From Eledone cirrhosa (taxonomy: Eukaryota), in contig OZ024740.1 of NCBI GenBank assembly GCA_964016885.1, positions 431,334,001-431,398,000 of the forward strand: 64,000 nucleotides of DNA, read 5' to 3'. Positions 1 to 15,000 of the stretch are shown here, one piece after another. The first letter of the stretch is position 1. The number at the start of each line of letters is the position of its first letter. Under the pieces are notes generated by a model. That model was not told the DNA's origin. It was given only the letters and a program-made list of their open reading frames with translations, and ran no database searches. The position numbers and the translations under genes are program-made.

Positions 1-3000
1 ACATGTCTCCAATTGTCAATCTTTAGAGAGGTTGTTATTCCCTTAACAGGAGTAAAGAGTCCTCTCTACCTTACATGTCTCCAATTGTCAATCTTTAGAG
101 AGGTTGTTATTCCCTTAACAGGAGTAAAGAGTCCTCTCTACCTTACATGTCTCCAATTGTCAATCTTTAGAGAGATTGTTATTCCCTTAACAGGAGTAAA
201 GAGTCCTCTCTACTTTACATGTCTCCAATTGTCAATCTTTAGAGAGGTTGTTATTCCCTTAACAGGAGTAGAGAGTCCTCTCTACCTTACATGTCTCCAA
301 TTGTCAATCTTTACAGAGAGGTTGTTATTCCCTTAACAGGAGTAAAGAGTCCTCTCTACTTTACATGTCTCCAATTGTCAATCTTTAGAGAGGTTGTTAT
401 TCCCTAAACAGGAGTAGAGTCCTCTCTACCTTACATGTCTCCAATTGTCAATCTTTAGAGAGGTTGTTATTCCCTTAACAGGAGTAAAGAGGCCTCTCTA
501 CCTTACATGTCTCCAATTGTCAATCTTTAGAGAGGTTGTTATTCCGTTAACAGGAGTAAAGAGTCCTCTCTACCTTACATGTCTCCAATTGTCAATCTTT
601 AGAGAGGTTGTTATTCCCTTAACAGGAGTAAAGAGTCCTCTCTACCTTACATGTCTCCAATTGTCAATCTTTAGAGAGGTTGTTATTCCCTTAACAGGAG
701 TAAAGAGTCCTCTCTACCTTACATGTCTCTCATTGTGAATCTTTAGAGAGGTTGTTATTCCCTTAACAGGAGTAAAGAGTGCTCTCTACCTTACATGTCT
801 CCAATTGTCAATCTTTAGAGAGGTTGTTATTCCCTTAACAGGAGTAGAGTCCTCTCTACCTTACATGTCTCCAATTGTCAATCTTTAGAGAGGTTGTTAT
901 TCACTTAACATGAGTAAAGAGTCCTCTCTACCTTACATGTCTCCAATTGTCAATCTTTAGAGAGGTTGTTATTCCCTTAACAGGAGTAAAGAGTCCTCTC
1001 TACCTTACATGTCTCCAATCGTCAATCTTTAGAGAGGTTGTTATTCCCTTAACAGGAGTAAAGAGTCCTCTCTACTTTACATGTCTCAAATTGTCAATCT
1101 TTAGAGAGGTTGTCATTCCCTTAACGGGAGTACAGAGTCCTCTCTACCTTACATGTCTCCAATTGTCAATCTTTAGAGAGGTTGTTATTCCCTTAACAGG
1201 AGTAAAGAGTCCTCTCTACCTTATGTCTCCAATTGTCAATCTTTAGAGAGGTTGTTATTCCCTTAACAGGAGTAAAGAGTGCTCTCTACCTTACATGTCT
1301 CCAATTGTCAATCTTTAGAGAGGTTGTTATTCCCTTAACAGGAGTAAAGAGTCCTCTCTACCTTACATGTCTCCTAATTGTCAATCTTTAGAGAGGTTGT
1401 TATTCCCTTAACAGGAGTAAAGAGTCCTCTCTACCTTACATGTCTCCAATTGTCAATCTTTAGAGAGGTTGTTATTCCCTTAACAGGAGTAAAGAGTCCT
1501 CTCTACTTTACATGTCTCCAATTGTCAATCTTTAGAGAGGTTGTTATTCCCTTAACAGGAGTAAAGAGTCCTCTCTACCTTACATGTCTCCAATTGTCAA
1601 TATTTACAGAGAGGTTGTTATTCCCTTAACAGGAGTAAAGAGTGCTCTCTACCTTACATGTCTCCAATTGTCAATCTTTAGAGAGGTTGTTATTCGCTTA
1701 ACAGGAGTAAAGAGTCCTCTCTACCTTACATGTCTCCAATTGTCAATCTTTAGAGAGGTTGTTATTCACTTAACAGGAGTAAAGAGTCCTCTCTACCTTA
1801 CATGTCTCCAATTGTCAATCTTTAGAGAGGTTGTTATTCCCTTAACAGGAGTAAAGAGTCCTCTCTACTTTACATGTCTCCAATTGTCAATCTTTAGAGA
1901 GGTTGTTATTCTCTTAACGGGAGTAAAGAGTCCTCTCTACCTTACATGTCTCCAATTGTCAATCTTTAGAGAGGTTGTTATTCCCTTAACAGGAGTAAAG
2001 AGTCCTCTCTACCTTACATGTCTCCAATTGTCAATCTTTAGAGGGGTTGTTATTCCCTTAACAGGAGTAAAGAGTGCTCTCTACCTTACATGTCTCCAAT
2101 TGTCAATCTTTAGAGAGGTTGTTATTCCCTTAACAGGAGTAAAGAGTCCTCTCTACCTTACATGTCTCCAATTGTCAATCTTTAGAGAGGTTGTTATTCC
2201 CTTAACAGGATTAAAGAGTGCTCTCTACCTTACATGTCTCCAATTGTCAATCTTTAGAGAGGTTGTTATTCCCTTAACAGGAGTAAAGAGTCCTCTCTAC
2301 CTTACATATCTCCAATTGTCAATCTTTAGAGAGGTTGTTATTCCCTTAACAGGAGTAAAGAGTCCTCTCTACCTTACATGTCTCCAATTGTCAATCTTTA
2401 CAGAGATGTTGTTATTCCCTTAACAGGAGTAAAGAGTCCACTCTACTTTACATGTCTCCAATTGTCAATCTTTAGAGAAGTTGTTATTCCCTTAACAGGA
2501 GTAAAGAGTCCTCTCTACCTTACATGTCTCCAATTGTCAATCTTTACAGAGAGGTTGTTATTCCCTTAACAGGAGTAAAGAGTCCTCTCTACCTTACATG
2601 TCTCCAATTGTCAATCTTTAGAGAGGTTGTTATTCCCTTAACAGGAGTAAAGAGTCCTCTCTACCTTACATGTCTCCAATTGTCAATCTTTAGAGAGGTT
2701 GTTATTCCCTTAACAGGAGTAAAGAGTCCTCTCTACTTTACATGTCTCCAATTGTCAATCTTTAGAGAGGTTGTTATTCTCTTAACGGGAGTAAAGAGTC
2801 CTCTCTACCTTACATGTCTCCAATTGTCAATCTTTAGAGAGGTTGTTATTCCCTTAACAGGAGTAAAGAGTCCTCTCTACCTTACATGTCTCCAATTGTC
2901 AATCTTTAGAGGGGTTGTTATTCCCTTAACAGGAGTAAAGAGTGCTCTCTACCTTACATGTCTCCAATTGTCAATCTTTAGAGAGGTTGTTATTCCCTTA

Positions 3001-6000
3001 ACAGGAGTAAAGAGTCCTCTCTACCTTACATGTCTCCAATTGTCAATCTTTAGAGAGGTTGTTATTCCCTTAACAGGATTAAAGAGTGCTCTCTACCTTA
3101 CATGTCTCCAATTGTCAATCTTTAGAGAGGTTGTTATTCCCTTAACAGGAGTAAAGAGTCCTCTCTACCTTACATATCTCCAATTGTCAATCTTTAGAGA
3201 GGTTGTTATTCCCTTAACAGGAGTAAAGAGTCCTCTCTACCTTACATGTCTCCAATTGTCAATCTTTACAGAGATGTTGTTATTCCCTTAACAGGAGTAA
3301 AGAGTCCGCTCTACTTTACATGTCTCCAATTGTCAATCTTTAGAGAGGTTGTTATTCCCTTAACAGGAGTAGAGAGTCCTCTCTACCTTACATGTCTCCA
3401 ATTGTCAATCTTTACAGAGAGGTTGTTATTCCCTTAACAGGAGTAAAGAGTCCTCTCTACTTTACACGTCTCCAATTGTCAATCTTTAGAGAGGTTGTTA
3501 TTCCCTAAACAGGAGTAGAGTCCTCTCTACCTTACATGTCTCCAATTGTCAATCTTTAGAGAGGTTGTTATTCCGTTAACAGGAGTAAAGAGTCCTCTCT
3601 ACCTTACATGTCTCTCATTGTGAATCTTTAGAGAGGTTGTTATTCCCTTAACAGGAGTAAAGAGTCCTCTCTACCTTACATGTCTCCAATTGTCAATCTT
3701 TAGAGAGGTTGTTATTCCCTTAACAGGAGTAAAGAGTGCTCTCTACCTTACATGTCTCCAATTGTCAATCTTTAGAGAGGTTGTTATTCCCTTAACAGGA
3801 GTAGAGTCCTCTCTACCTTACATGTCTCCAATTGTCAATCTTTAGAGAGGTTGTTATTCACTTAACATGAGTAAAGAGTCCTCTCTACCTTACATGTCTC
3901 CAATTGTCAATCTTTAGAGAGGTTGTTATTCCCTTAACAGGAGTAAAGAGTCCTCTCTACCTTACATGTCTCCAATTGTCAATCTTTAGAGAGGTTGTTA
4001 TTCCCTTAACAGGAGTAAAGAGTCCTCTCTACTTTACATGTCTCAAATTGTCAATCTTTAGAGAGGTTGTTATTCCCTTAACGGGAGTACAGAGTCCTCT
4101 CTACCTTACATGTCTCCAATTGTCAATCTTTAGAGAGGTTGTTATTCCCTTAACAGGAGTAAAGAGTCCTCTCTACCTTATGTCTCCAATTGTCAATCTT
4201 TAGAGAGGTTGTTATTCCCTTAACAGGAGTAAAGAGTGCTCTCTACCTTACATGTCTCCAATTGTCAATCTTTAGAGAGGTTGTTATTCCCTTAACAGGA
4301 GTAAAGAGTCCTCTCTACCTTACATGTCTCCTAATTGTCAATCTTTAGAGAGGTTGTTATTCCCTTAACAGGAGTAAAGAGTCCTCTCTACCTTACATGT
4401 CTCCAATTGTCAATCTTTAGAGAGATTGTTATTCCCTTAACAGGAGTAAAGAGTCCTCTCTACTTTACATGTCTCCAATTGTCAATCTTTAGAGAGGTTG
4501 TTATTCCCTTAACAGGAGTAGAGAGTCCTCTCTACCTTACATGTCTCCAATTGTCAATCTTTACAGAGAGGTTGTTATTCCCTTAACAGGAGTAAAGAGT
4601 CCTCTCTACTTTACATGTCTCCAATTGTCAATCTTTAGAGAGGTTGTTATTCCCTAAACAGGAGTAGAGTCCTCTCTACCTTACATGTCTCCAATTGTCA
4701 ATCTTTAGAGAGGTTGTTATTCCCTTAACAGGAGTAAAGAGGCCTCTCTACCTTACATGTCTCCAATTGTCAATCTTTAGAGAGGTTGTTATTCCGTTAA
4801 CAGGAGTAAAGAGTCCTCTCTACCTTACATGTCTCCAATTGTCAATCTTTAGAGAGGTTGTTATTCCCTTAACAGGAGTAAAGAGTCCTCTCTACCATAC
4901 ATGTCTCCAATTGTCAATCTTTAGAGAGGTTGTTATTCCCTTAACAGGAGTAAAGAGTCCTCTCTACTTTACATGTCTCTCATTGTGAATCTTTAGAGAG
5001 GTTGTTATTCCATTAACAGGAGTAAAGAGTCCTCTCTACCTTACATGTCTCTCATTGTGAATCTTTAGAGAGGTTGTTATTCCCTTAACAGGAGTAAAGA
5101 GTGCTCTCTACCTTACATGTCTCCAATTGTCAATCTTTAGAGAGGTTGTTATTCCCTTAACAGGAGTAGAGTCCTCTCTACCTTACATGTCTCCAATTGT
5201 CAATCTTTAGAGAGGTTGTTATTCACTTAACATGAGTAAAGAGTCCTCTCTACCTTACATGTCTCCAATTGTCAATCTTTAGAGAGGTTGTTATTCCCTT
5301 AACAGGAGTAAAGAGTCCTCTCTACCTTACATGTCTCCAATCGTCAATCTTTAGAGAGGTTGTTATTCCCTTAACAGGAGTAAAGAGTCCTCTCTACTTT
5401 ACATGTCTCAAATTGTCAATCTTTAGAGAGGTTGTCATTCCCTTAACGGGAGTACAGAGTCCTCTCTACCTTACATGTCTCCAATTGTCAATCTTTAGAG
5501 AGGTTGTTATTCCCTTAACAGGAGTAAAGAGTCCTCTCTACCTTATGTCTCCAATTGTCAATCTTTAGAGAGGTTGTTATTCCCTTAACAGGAGTAAAGA
5601 GTGCTCTCTACCTTACATGTCTCCAATTGTCAATCTTTAGAGAGGTTGTTATTCCCTTAACAGGAGTAAAGAGTCCTCTCTACCTTACATGTCTCCTAAT
5701 TGTCAATCTTTAGAGAGGTTGTTATTCCCTTAACAGGAGTAAAGAGTCCTCTCTACCTTACATGTCTCCAATTGTCAATCTTTAGAGAGGTTGTTATTCC
5801 CTTAACAGGAGTAAAGAGTCCTCTCTACTTTACATGTCTCCAATTGTCAATCTTTAGAGAGGTTGTTATTCCCTTAACAGGAGTAAAGAGTCCTCTCTAC
5901 CTTACATGTCTCCAATTGTCAATATTTACAGAGAGGTTGTTATTCCCTTAACAGGAGTAAAGAGTGCTCTCTACCTTACATGTCTCCAATTGTCAATCTT

Positions 6001-9000
6001 TAGAGAGGTTGTTATTCGCTTAACAGGAGTAAAGAGTCCTCTCTACCTTACATGTCTCCAATTGTCAATCTTTAGAGAGGTTGTTATTCACTTAACAGGA
6101 GTAAAGAGTCCTCTCTACCTTACATGTCTCCAATTGTCAATCTTTAGAGAGGTTGTTATTCCCTTAACAGGAGTAAAGAGTCCTCTCTACTTTACATGTC
6201 TCCAATTGTCAATCTTTAGAGAGGTTGTTATTCTCTTAACGGGAGTAAAGAGTCCTCTCTACCTTACATGTCTCCAATTGTCAATCTTTAGAGAGGTTGT
6301 TATTCCCTTAACAGGAGTAAAGAGTCCTCTCTACCTTACATGTCTCCAATTGTCAATCTTTAGAGGGGTTGTTATTCCCTTAACAGGAGTAAAGAGTGCT
6401 CTCTACCTTACATGTCTCCAATTGTCAATCTTTAGAGAGGTTGTTATTCCCTTAACAGGAGTAAAGAGTCCTCTCTACCTTACATGTCTCCAATTGTCAA
6501 TCTTTAGAGAGGTTGTTATTCCCTTAACAGGATTAAAGAGTGCTCTCTACCTTACATGTCTCCAATTGTCAATCTTTAGAGAGGTTGTTATTCCCTTAAC
6601 AGGAGTAAAGAGTCCTCTCTACCTTACATATCTCCAATTGTCAATCTTTAGAGAGGTTGTTATTCCCTTAACAGGAGTAAAGAGTCCTCTCTACCTTACA
6701 TGTCTCCAATTGTCAATCTTTACAGAGATGTTGTTATTCCCTTAACAGGAGTAAAGAGTCCACTCTACTTTACATGTCTCCAATTGTCAATCTTTAGAGA
6801 AGTTGTTATTCCCTTAACAGGAGTAAAGAGTCCTCTCTACCTTACATGTCTCCAATTGTCAATCTTTACAGAGAGGTTGTTATTCCCTTAACAGGAGTAA
6901 AGAGTCCTCTCTACCTTACATGTCTCCAATTGTCAATCTTTAGAGAGGTTGTTATTCCCTTAACAGGAGTAAAGAGTCCTCTCTACCTTACATGTCTCCA
7001 ATTGTCAATCTTTAGAGAGGTTGTTATTCCCTTAACAGGAGTAAAGAGTCCTCTCTACTTTACATGTCTCCAATTGTCAATCTTTAGAGAGGTTGTTATT
7101 CTCTTAACGGGAGTAAAGAGTCCTCTCTACCTTACATGTCTCCAATTGTCAATCTTTAGAGAGGTTGTTATTCCCTTAACAGGAGTAAAGAGTCCTCTCT
7201 ACCTTACATGTCTCCAATTGTCAATCTTTAGAGGGGTTGTTATTCCCTTAACAGGAGTAAAGAGTGCTCTCTACCTTACATGTCTCCAATTGTCAATCTT
7301 TAGAGAGGTTGTTATTCCCTTAACAGGAGTAAAGAGTCCTCTCTACCTTACATGTCTCCAATTGTCAATCTTTAGAGAGGTTGTTATTCCCTTAACAGGA
7401 TTAAAGAGTGCTCTCTACCTTACATGTCTCCAATTGTCAATCTTTAGAGAGGTTGTTATTCCCTTAACAGGAGTAAAGAGTCCTCTCTACCTTACATATC
7501 TCCAATTGTCAATCTTTAGAGAGGTTGTTATTCCCTTAACAGGAGTAAAGAGTCCTCTCTACCTTACATGTCTCCAATTGTCAATCTTTACAGAGATGTT
7601 GTTATTCCCTTAACAGGAGTAAAGAGTCCGCTCTACTTTACATGTCTCCAATTGTCAATCTTTAGAGAAGTTGTTATTCCCTTAACAGGAGTAAAGAGTC
7701 CTCTCTACCTTACATGTCTCCAATTGTCAATCTTTACAGAGAGGTTGTTATTCCCTTAACAGGAGTAAAGAGTCCTCTCTACCTTACATGTCTCCAATTG
7801 TCAATCTTTAGAGAGGTTGTTATTCCCTTAACAGGAGTAAAGAGTCCTCTCTACCTTACATGTCTCCAATTGTCAATCTTTAGAGAGGTTGTTATTCCCT
7901 TAACAGGAGTAAAGAGTCCTCTCTACCTTACATGTCTCCAATTGTCAATCTTTAGAGAGGTTGTTATTCCCTTAACAGGAGTAAAGAGTCCTCTCTACTT
8001 TACATGTCTCCAATTGTCAATCTTTAGAGAGGTTGTTATTCCCTTAACAGGAGTAGAGAGTCCTCTCTACCTTACATGTCTCCAATTGTCAATCTTTACA
8101 GAGAGGTTGTTATTCCCTTAACAGGAGTAAAGAGTCCTCTCTACTTTACACGTCTCCAATTGTCAATCTTTAGAGAGGTTGTTATTCCCTAAACAGGAGT
8201 AGAGTCCTCTCTACCTTACATGTCTCCAATTGTCAATCTTTAGAGAGGTTGTTATTCCGTTAACAGGAGTAAAGAGTCCTCTCTACCTTACATGTCTCTC
8301 ATTGTGAATCTTTAGAGAGGTTGTTATTCCCTTAACAGGAGTAAAGAGTCCTCTCTACCTTACATGTCTCCAATTGTCAATCTTTAGAGAGGTTGTTATT
8401 CCCTTAACAGGAGTAAAGAGTGCTCTCTACCTTACATGTCTCCAATTGTCAATCTTTAGAGAGGTTGTTATTCCCTTAACAGGAGTAGAGTCCTCTCTAC
8501 CTTACATGTCTCCAATTGTCAATCTTTAGAGAGGTTGTTATTCACTTAACATGAGTAAAGAGTCCTCTCTACCTTACATGTCTCCAATTGTCAATCTTTA
8601 GAGAGGTTGTTATTCCCTTAACAGGAGTAAAGAGTCCTCTCTACCTTACATGTCTCCAATTGTCAATCTTTAGAGAGGTTGTTATTCCCTTAACAGGAGT
8701 AAAGAGTCCTCTCTACTTTACATGTCTCAAATTGTCAATCTTTAGAGAGGTTGTTATTCCCTTAACGGGAGTACAGAGTCCTCTCTACCTTACATGTCTC
8801 CAATTGTCAATCTTTAGAGAGGTTGTTATTCCCTTAACAGGAGTAAAGAGTCCTCTCTACCTTATGTCTCCAATTGTCAATCTTTAGAGAGGTTGTTATT
8901 CCCTTAACAGGAGTAAAGAGTGCTCTCTACCTTACATGTCTCCAATTGTCAATCTTTAGAGAGGTTGTTATTCCCTTAACAGGAGTAAAGAGTCCTCTCT

Positions 9001-12000
9001 ACCTTACATGTCTCCTAATTGTCAATCTTTAGAGAGGTTGTTATTCCCTTAACAGGAGTAAAGAGTCCTCTCTACCTTACATGTCTCCAATTGTCAATCT
9101 TTAGAGAGGTTGTTATTCCCTTAACAGGAGTAAAGAGTCCTCTCTACTTTACATGTCTCCAATTGTCAATCTTTAGAGAGGTTGTTATTCCCTTAACAGG
9201 AGTAAAGAGTCCTCTCTACCTTACATGTCTCCAATTGTCAATATTTACAGAGAGGTTGTTATTCCCTTAACAGGAGTAAAGAGTGCTCTCTACCTTACAT
9301 GTCTCCAATTGTCAATCTTTAGAGAGGTTGTTATTCCCTTAACAGGAGTAAAGAGTCCTCTCTACCTTACATGTCTCCTAATTGTCAATCTTTAGAGAGG
9401 TTGTTATTCCCTTAACAGGAGTAAAGAGTCCTCTCTGCCTTACATGTCTCCAATTGTCAATCTTTAGAGAGGTTGTTATTCCCTTAACAGGAGTAAAGAG
9501 TCCTCTCTACCTTACATGTCTCCAATTGTCAATCTTTAGAGGGGTTGTTATTCCCTTAACAGGAGTAAAGAGTGCTCTCTACCTTACATGTCTCCAATTG
9601 TCAATCTTTAGAGAGGTTGTTATTCCCTTAACAGGAGTAAAGAGTCCTCTCTACCTTACATGTCTCCAATTGTCAATCTTTAGAGAGGTTGTTATTCCCT
9701 TAACAGGATTAAAGAGTGCTCTCTACCTTACATGTCTCCAATTGTCAATCTTTAGAGAGGTTGTTATTCCCTTAACAGGAGTAAAGAGTCCTCTCTACCT
9801 TACATGTCTCCAATTGTCAATCTTTAGAGAGGTTGTTATTCCCTTAACAGGAGTAAAGAGTGCTCTCTACCTTACATGTCTCCAATTGTCAATCTTTAGA
9901 GAGGTTGTTATTCCCTTAACAGGAGTAAAGAGTCCTCTCTACCTTACATGTCTCCTAATTGTCAATCTTTAGAGAGGTTGTTATTCCCTTAACAGGAGTA
10001 AAGAGTCCTCTCTACCTTACATGTCTCCAATTGTCAATCTTTAGAGAGGTTGTTATTCCCTTAACAGGAGTAAAGAGTACTCTCTACTTTACATGTCTCC
10101 AATTGTCAATCTTTAGAGAGGTTGTTATTCCCTTAACAGGAGTAAAGAGTCCTCTCTACCTTACATGTCTCCAATTGTCAATATTTACAGAGAGGTTGTT
10201 ATTCCCTTAACAGGAGTAAAGAGTGCTCTCTACCTTACATGTCTCCAATTGTCAATCTTTAGAGAGGTTGTTATTCCCTTAACAGGAGTAAAGAGTCCTC
10301 TCTACCTTACATGTCTCCTAATTGTCAATCTTTAGAGAGGTTGTTATTCCCTTAACAGGAGTAAAGAGTCCTCTCTACCTTACATGTCTCCAATTGTCAA
10401 TCTTTAGAGAGGTTGTTATTCCCTTAACAGGAGTAAAGAGTCCTCTCTACCTTACATGTCTCCAATTGTCAATCTTTAGAGAGGTTGTTATTCCCTTAAC
10501 AGGAGTAAAGAGTCCTCTCTACTTTACATGTCTCCAATTGTCAATCTTTAGAGAGGTTGTTATTCCCTTAACAGGAGTAGAGAGTCCTCTCTACCTTACA
10601 TGTCTCCAATTGTCAATCTTTACAGAGAGGTTGTTATTCCCTTAACAGGAGTAAAGAGTCCTCTCTACTTTACACGTCTCCAATTGTCAATCTTTAGAGA
10701 GGTTGTTATTCCCTTAACAGGAGTAAAGAGGCCTCTCTACCTTACATGTCTCCAATTGTCAATCTTTAGAGAGGTTGTTATTCCCTTAACAGGAGTAAAG
10801 AGGCCTCTCTACCTTACATGTCTCCAATTGTCAATCTTTAGAGAGGTTGTTATTCCCTTAACAGAAGTAAAGAGTCCTCTCTACCTTACATGTCTCCAAT
10901 TGTCAATCTTTAGAGAGGTTGTTATTCCCTTAACAGGAGTAAAGAGTCCTCTCTACTTTACATGTCTCCAATTGTCAATCTTTAGAGAGGTTGTTATTCC
11001 CTTAACAGGAGTAGAGAGTCCTCTCTACCTTACATGTCTCCAATTGTCAATATTTACAGAGAGGTTGTTATTCCCTTAACACGCGTAAAGAGTCCTCTCT
11101 ACTTTACATGTCTCCAATTGTCAATCTTTAGAGAGGTTGTTATTCCCTTAACAGGAGTAAAGAGTCCTCTCTACCTTACATGTCTCCAATTGTCAATCTT
11201 TAGAGAGGTTGTTATTCCCTTAACAGGAGTAAAGAGTCCTCTCTACCTTACATGTCTCCAATTGTCAATCTTTAGAGAGGTTGTTATTCCCTTAACAGGA
11301 GTAAAGAGTCCTCTCTACTTTACATGTCTCCAATTGTCAATCTTTAGAGAGGTTGTTATTCTCTTAACGGGAGTAAAGAGTCCTCTCTACCTTACATGTC
11401 TCCAATTGTCAATCTTTAGAGAGGTTGTTATTCCCTTAACAGGAGTAAAGAGTCCTCTCTACCTTACATGTCTCCAATTGTCAATCTTTAGAGGGGTTGT
11501 TATTCCCTTAACAGGAGTAAAGAGTGCTCTCTACCTTACATGTCTCCAATTGTCAATCTTTAGAGAGGTTGTTATTCCCTTAACGGGAGTAAAGAGTCCT
11601 CTCTACCTTACATGTCTCCAATTGTCAATCTTTAGAGAGGTTGTTATTCCCTTAACAGGAGTAAAGAGTCCTCTCTACCTTACATATCTCCAATTGTCAA
11701 TCTTTAGAGAGGTTGTTATTCCCTTAACAGGAGTAAAGAGTCCTCTCTACCTTACATGTCTCCAATTGTCAATCTTTACAGAGATGTTGTTATTCCCTTA
11801 ACAGGAGTAAAGAGTCCACTCTACTTTACATGTCTCCAATTGTCAATCTTTAGAGAAGTTGTTATTCCCTTAACAGGAGTAAAGAGTCCTCTCTACCTTA
11901 CATGTCTCCAATTGTCAATCTTTACAGAGAGGTTGTTATTCCCTTAACAGGAGTAAAGAGTCCTCTCTACCTTACATGTCTCCAATTGTCAATCTTTAGA

Positions 12001-15000
12001 GAGGTTGTTATTCCCTTAACAGGAGTAAAGAGTCCTCTCTACCTTACATGTCTCCAATTGTCAATCTTTAGAGAGGTTGTTATTCCCTTAACAGGAGTAA
12101 AGAGTCCTCTCTACCTTACATGTCTCCAATTGTCAATCTTTAGAGAGATTGTTATTCCCTTAACAGGAGTAAAGAGTCCTCTCTACTTTACATGTCTCCA
12201 ATTGTCAATCTTTAGAGAGGTTGTTATTCCCTTAACAGGAGTAGAGAGTCCTCTCTACCTTACATGTCTCCAATTGTCAATCTTTACAGAGAGGTTGTTA
12301 TTCCCTTAACAGGAGTAAAGAGTCCTCTCTACTTTACATGTCTCCAATTGTCAATCTTTAGAGAGGTTGTTATTCCCTAAACAGGAGTAGAGTCCTCTCT
12401 ACCTTACATGTCTCCAATTGTCAATCTTTAGAGAGGTTGTTATTCCCTTAACAGGAGTAAAGAGGCCTCTCTACCTTACATGTCTCCAATTGTCAATCTT
12501 TAGAGAGGTTGTTATTCCGTTAACAGGAGTAAAGAGTCCTCTCTACCTTACATGTCTCCAATTGTCAATCTTTAGAGAGGTTGTTATTCCCTTAACAGGA
12601 GTAAAGAGTCCTCTCTACCTTACATGTCTCCAATTGTCAATCTTTAGAGAGGTTGTTATTCCCTTAACAGGAGTAAAGAGTCCTCTCTACTTTACATGTC
12701 TCTCATTGTGAATCTTTAGAGAGGTTGTTATTCCATTAACAGGAGTAAAGAGTCCTCTCTACCTTACATGTCTCTCATTGTGAATCTTTAGAGAGGTTGT
12801 TATTCCCTTAACAGGAGTAAAGAGTGCTCTCTACCTTACATGTCTCCAATTGTCAATCTTTAGAGAGGTTGTTATTCCCTTAACAGGAGTAGAGTCCTCT
12901 CTACCTTACATGTCTCCAATTGTCAATCTTTAGAGAGGTTGTTATTCACTTAACATGAGTAAAGAGTCCTCTCTACCTTACATGTCTCCAATTGTCAATC
13001 TTTAGAGAGGTTGTTATTCCCTTAACAGGAGTAAAGAGTCCTCTCTACCTTACATGTCTCCAATCGTCAATCTTTAGAGAGGTTGTTATTCCCTTAACAG
13101 GAGTAAAGAGTCCTCTCTACTTTACATGTCTCAAATTGTCAATCTTTAGAGAGGTTGTCATTCCCTTAACGGGAGTACAGAGTCCTCTCTACCTTACATG
13201 TCTCCAATTGTCAATCTTTAGAGAGGTTGTTATTCCCTTAACAGGAGTAAAGAGTCCTCTCTACCTTATGTCTCCAATTGTCAATCTTTAGAGAGGTTGT
13301 TATTCCCTTAACAGGAGTAAAGAGTGCTCTCTACCTTACATGTCTCCAATTGTCAATCTTTAGAGAGGTTGTTATTCCCTTAACAGGAGTAAAGAGTCCT
13401 CTCTACCTTACATGTCTCCTAATTGTCAATCTTTAGAGAGGTTGTTATTCCCTTAACAGGAGTAAAGAGTCCTCTCTACCTTACATGTCTCCAATTGTCA
13501 ATCTTTAGAGAGGTTGTTATTCCCTTAACAGGAGTAAAGAGTCCTCTCTACTTTACATGTCTCCAATTGTCAATCTTTAGAGAGGTTGTTATTCCCTTAA
13601 CAGGAGTAAAGAGTCCTCTCTACCTTACATGTCTCCAATTGTCAATATTTACAGAGAGGTTGTTATTCCCTTAACAGGAGTAAAGAGTGCTCTCTACCTT
13701 ACATGTCTCCAATTGTCAATCTTTAGAGAGGTTGTTATTCGCTTAACAGGAGTAAAGAGTCCTCTCTACCTTACATGTCTCCAATTGTCAATCTTTAGAG
13801 AGGTTGTTATTCACTTAACAGGAGTAAAGAGTCCTCTCTACCTTACATGTCTCCAATTGTCAATCTTTAGAGAGGTTGTTATTCCCTTAACAGGAGTAAA
13901 GAGTCCTCTCTACCTTACATATCTCCAATTGTCAATCTTTAGAGAGGTTGTTATTCCCTTAACAGGAGTAAAGAGTCCTCTCTACCTTACATGTCTCCAA
14001 TTGTCAATCTTTACAGAGAGGTTGTTATTCCCTTAACAGGAGTAAAGAGTCCTCTCTACCTTACATGTCTCCAATTGTCAATCTTTAGAGAGGTTGTTAT
14101 TCCCTTAACAGGAGTAAAGAGTCCTCTCTACCTTACATGTCTCCAATTGTCAATCTTTAGAGAGGTTGTTATTCCCTTAACAGGAGTAAAGAGTCCTCTC
14201 TACCTTACATGTCTCCAATTGTCAATCTTTAGAGAGATTGTTATTCCCTTAACAGGAGTAAAGAGTCCTCTCTACTTTACATGTCTCCAATTGTCAATCT
14301 TTAGAGAGGTTGTTATTCCCTTAACAGGAGTAGAGAGTCCTCTCTACCTTACATGTCTCCAATTGTCAATCTTTACAGAGAGGTTGTTATTCCCTTAACA
14401 GGAGTAAAGAGTCCTCTCTACTTTACATGTCTCCAATTGTCAATCTTTAGAGAGGTTGTTATTCCCTAAACAGGAGTAGAGTCCTCTCTACCTTACATGT
14501 CTCCAATTGTCAATCTTTAGAGAGGTTGTTATTCCCTTAACAGGAGTAAAGAGGCCTCTCTACCTTACATGTCTCCAATTGTCAATCTTTAGAGAGGTTG
14601 TTATTCCGTTAACAGGAGTAAAGAGTCCTCTCTACCTTACATGTCTCCAATTGTCAATCTTTAGAGAGGTTGTTATTCCCTTAACAGGAGTAAAGAGTCC
14701 TCTCTACCTTACATGTCTCCAATTGTCAATCTTTAGAGAGGTTGTTATTCCCTTAACAGGAGTAAAGAGTCCTCTCTACTTTACATGTCTCTCATTGTGA
14801 ATCTTTAGAGAGGTTGTTATTCCATTAACAGGAGTAAAGAGTCCTCTCTACCTTACATGTCTCTCATTGTGAATCTTTAGAGAGGTTGTTATTCCCTTAA
14901 CAGGAGTAAAGAGTGCTCTCTACCTTACATGTCTCCAATTGTCAATCTTTAGAGAGGTTGTTATTCCCTTAACAGGAGTAGAGTCCTCTCTACCTTACAT

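Noticed and set aside
1-72. Hammerhead-ribozyme satellite of the newt, schistosome or cricket type
   Set aside because: Neither strand of the monomer contains CUGANGA plus GAAA. The closest match (minus-strand CTGTTAAG...GAAT) breaks the catalytic core.
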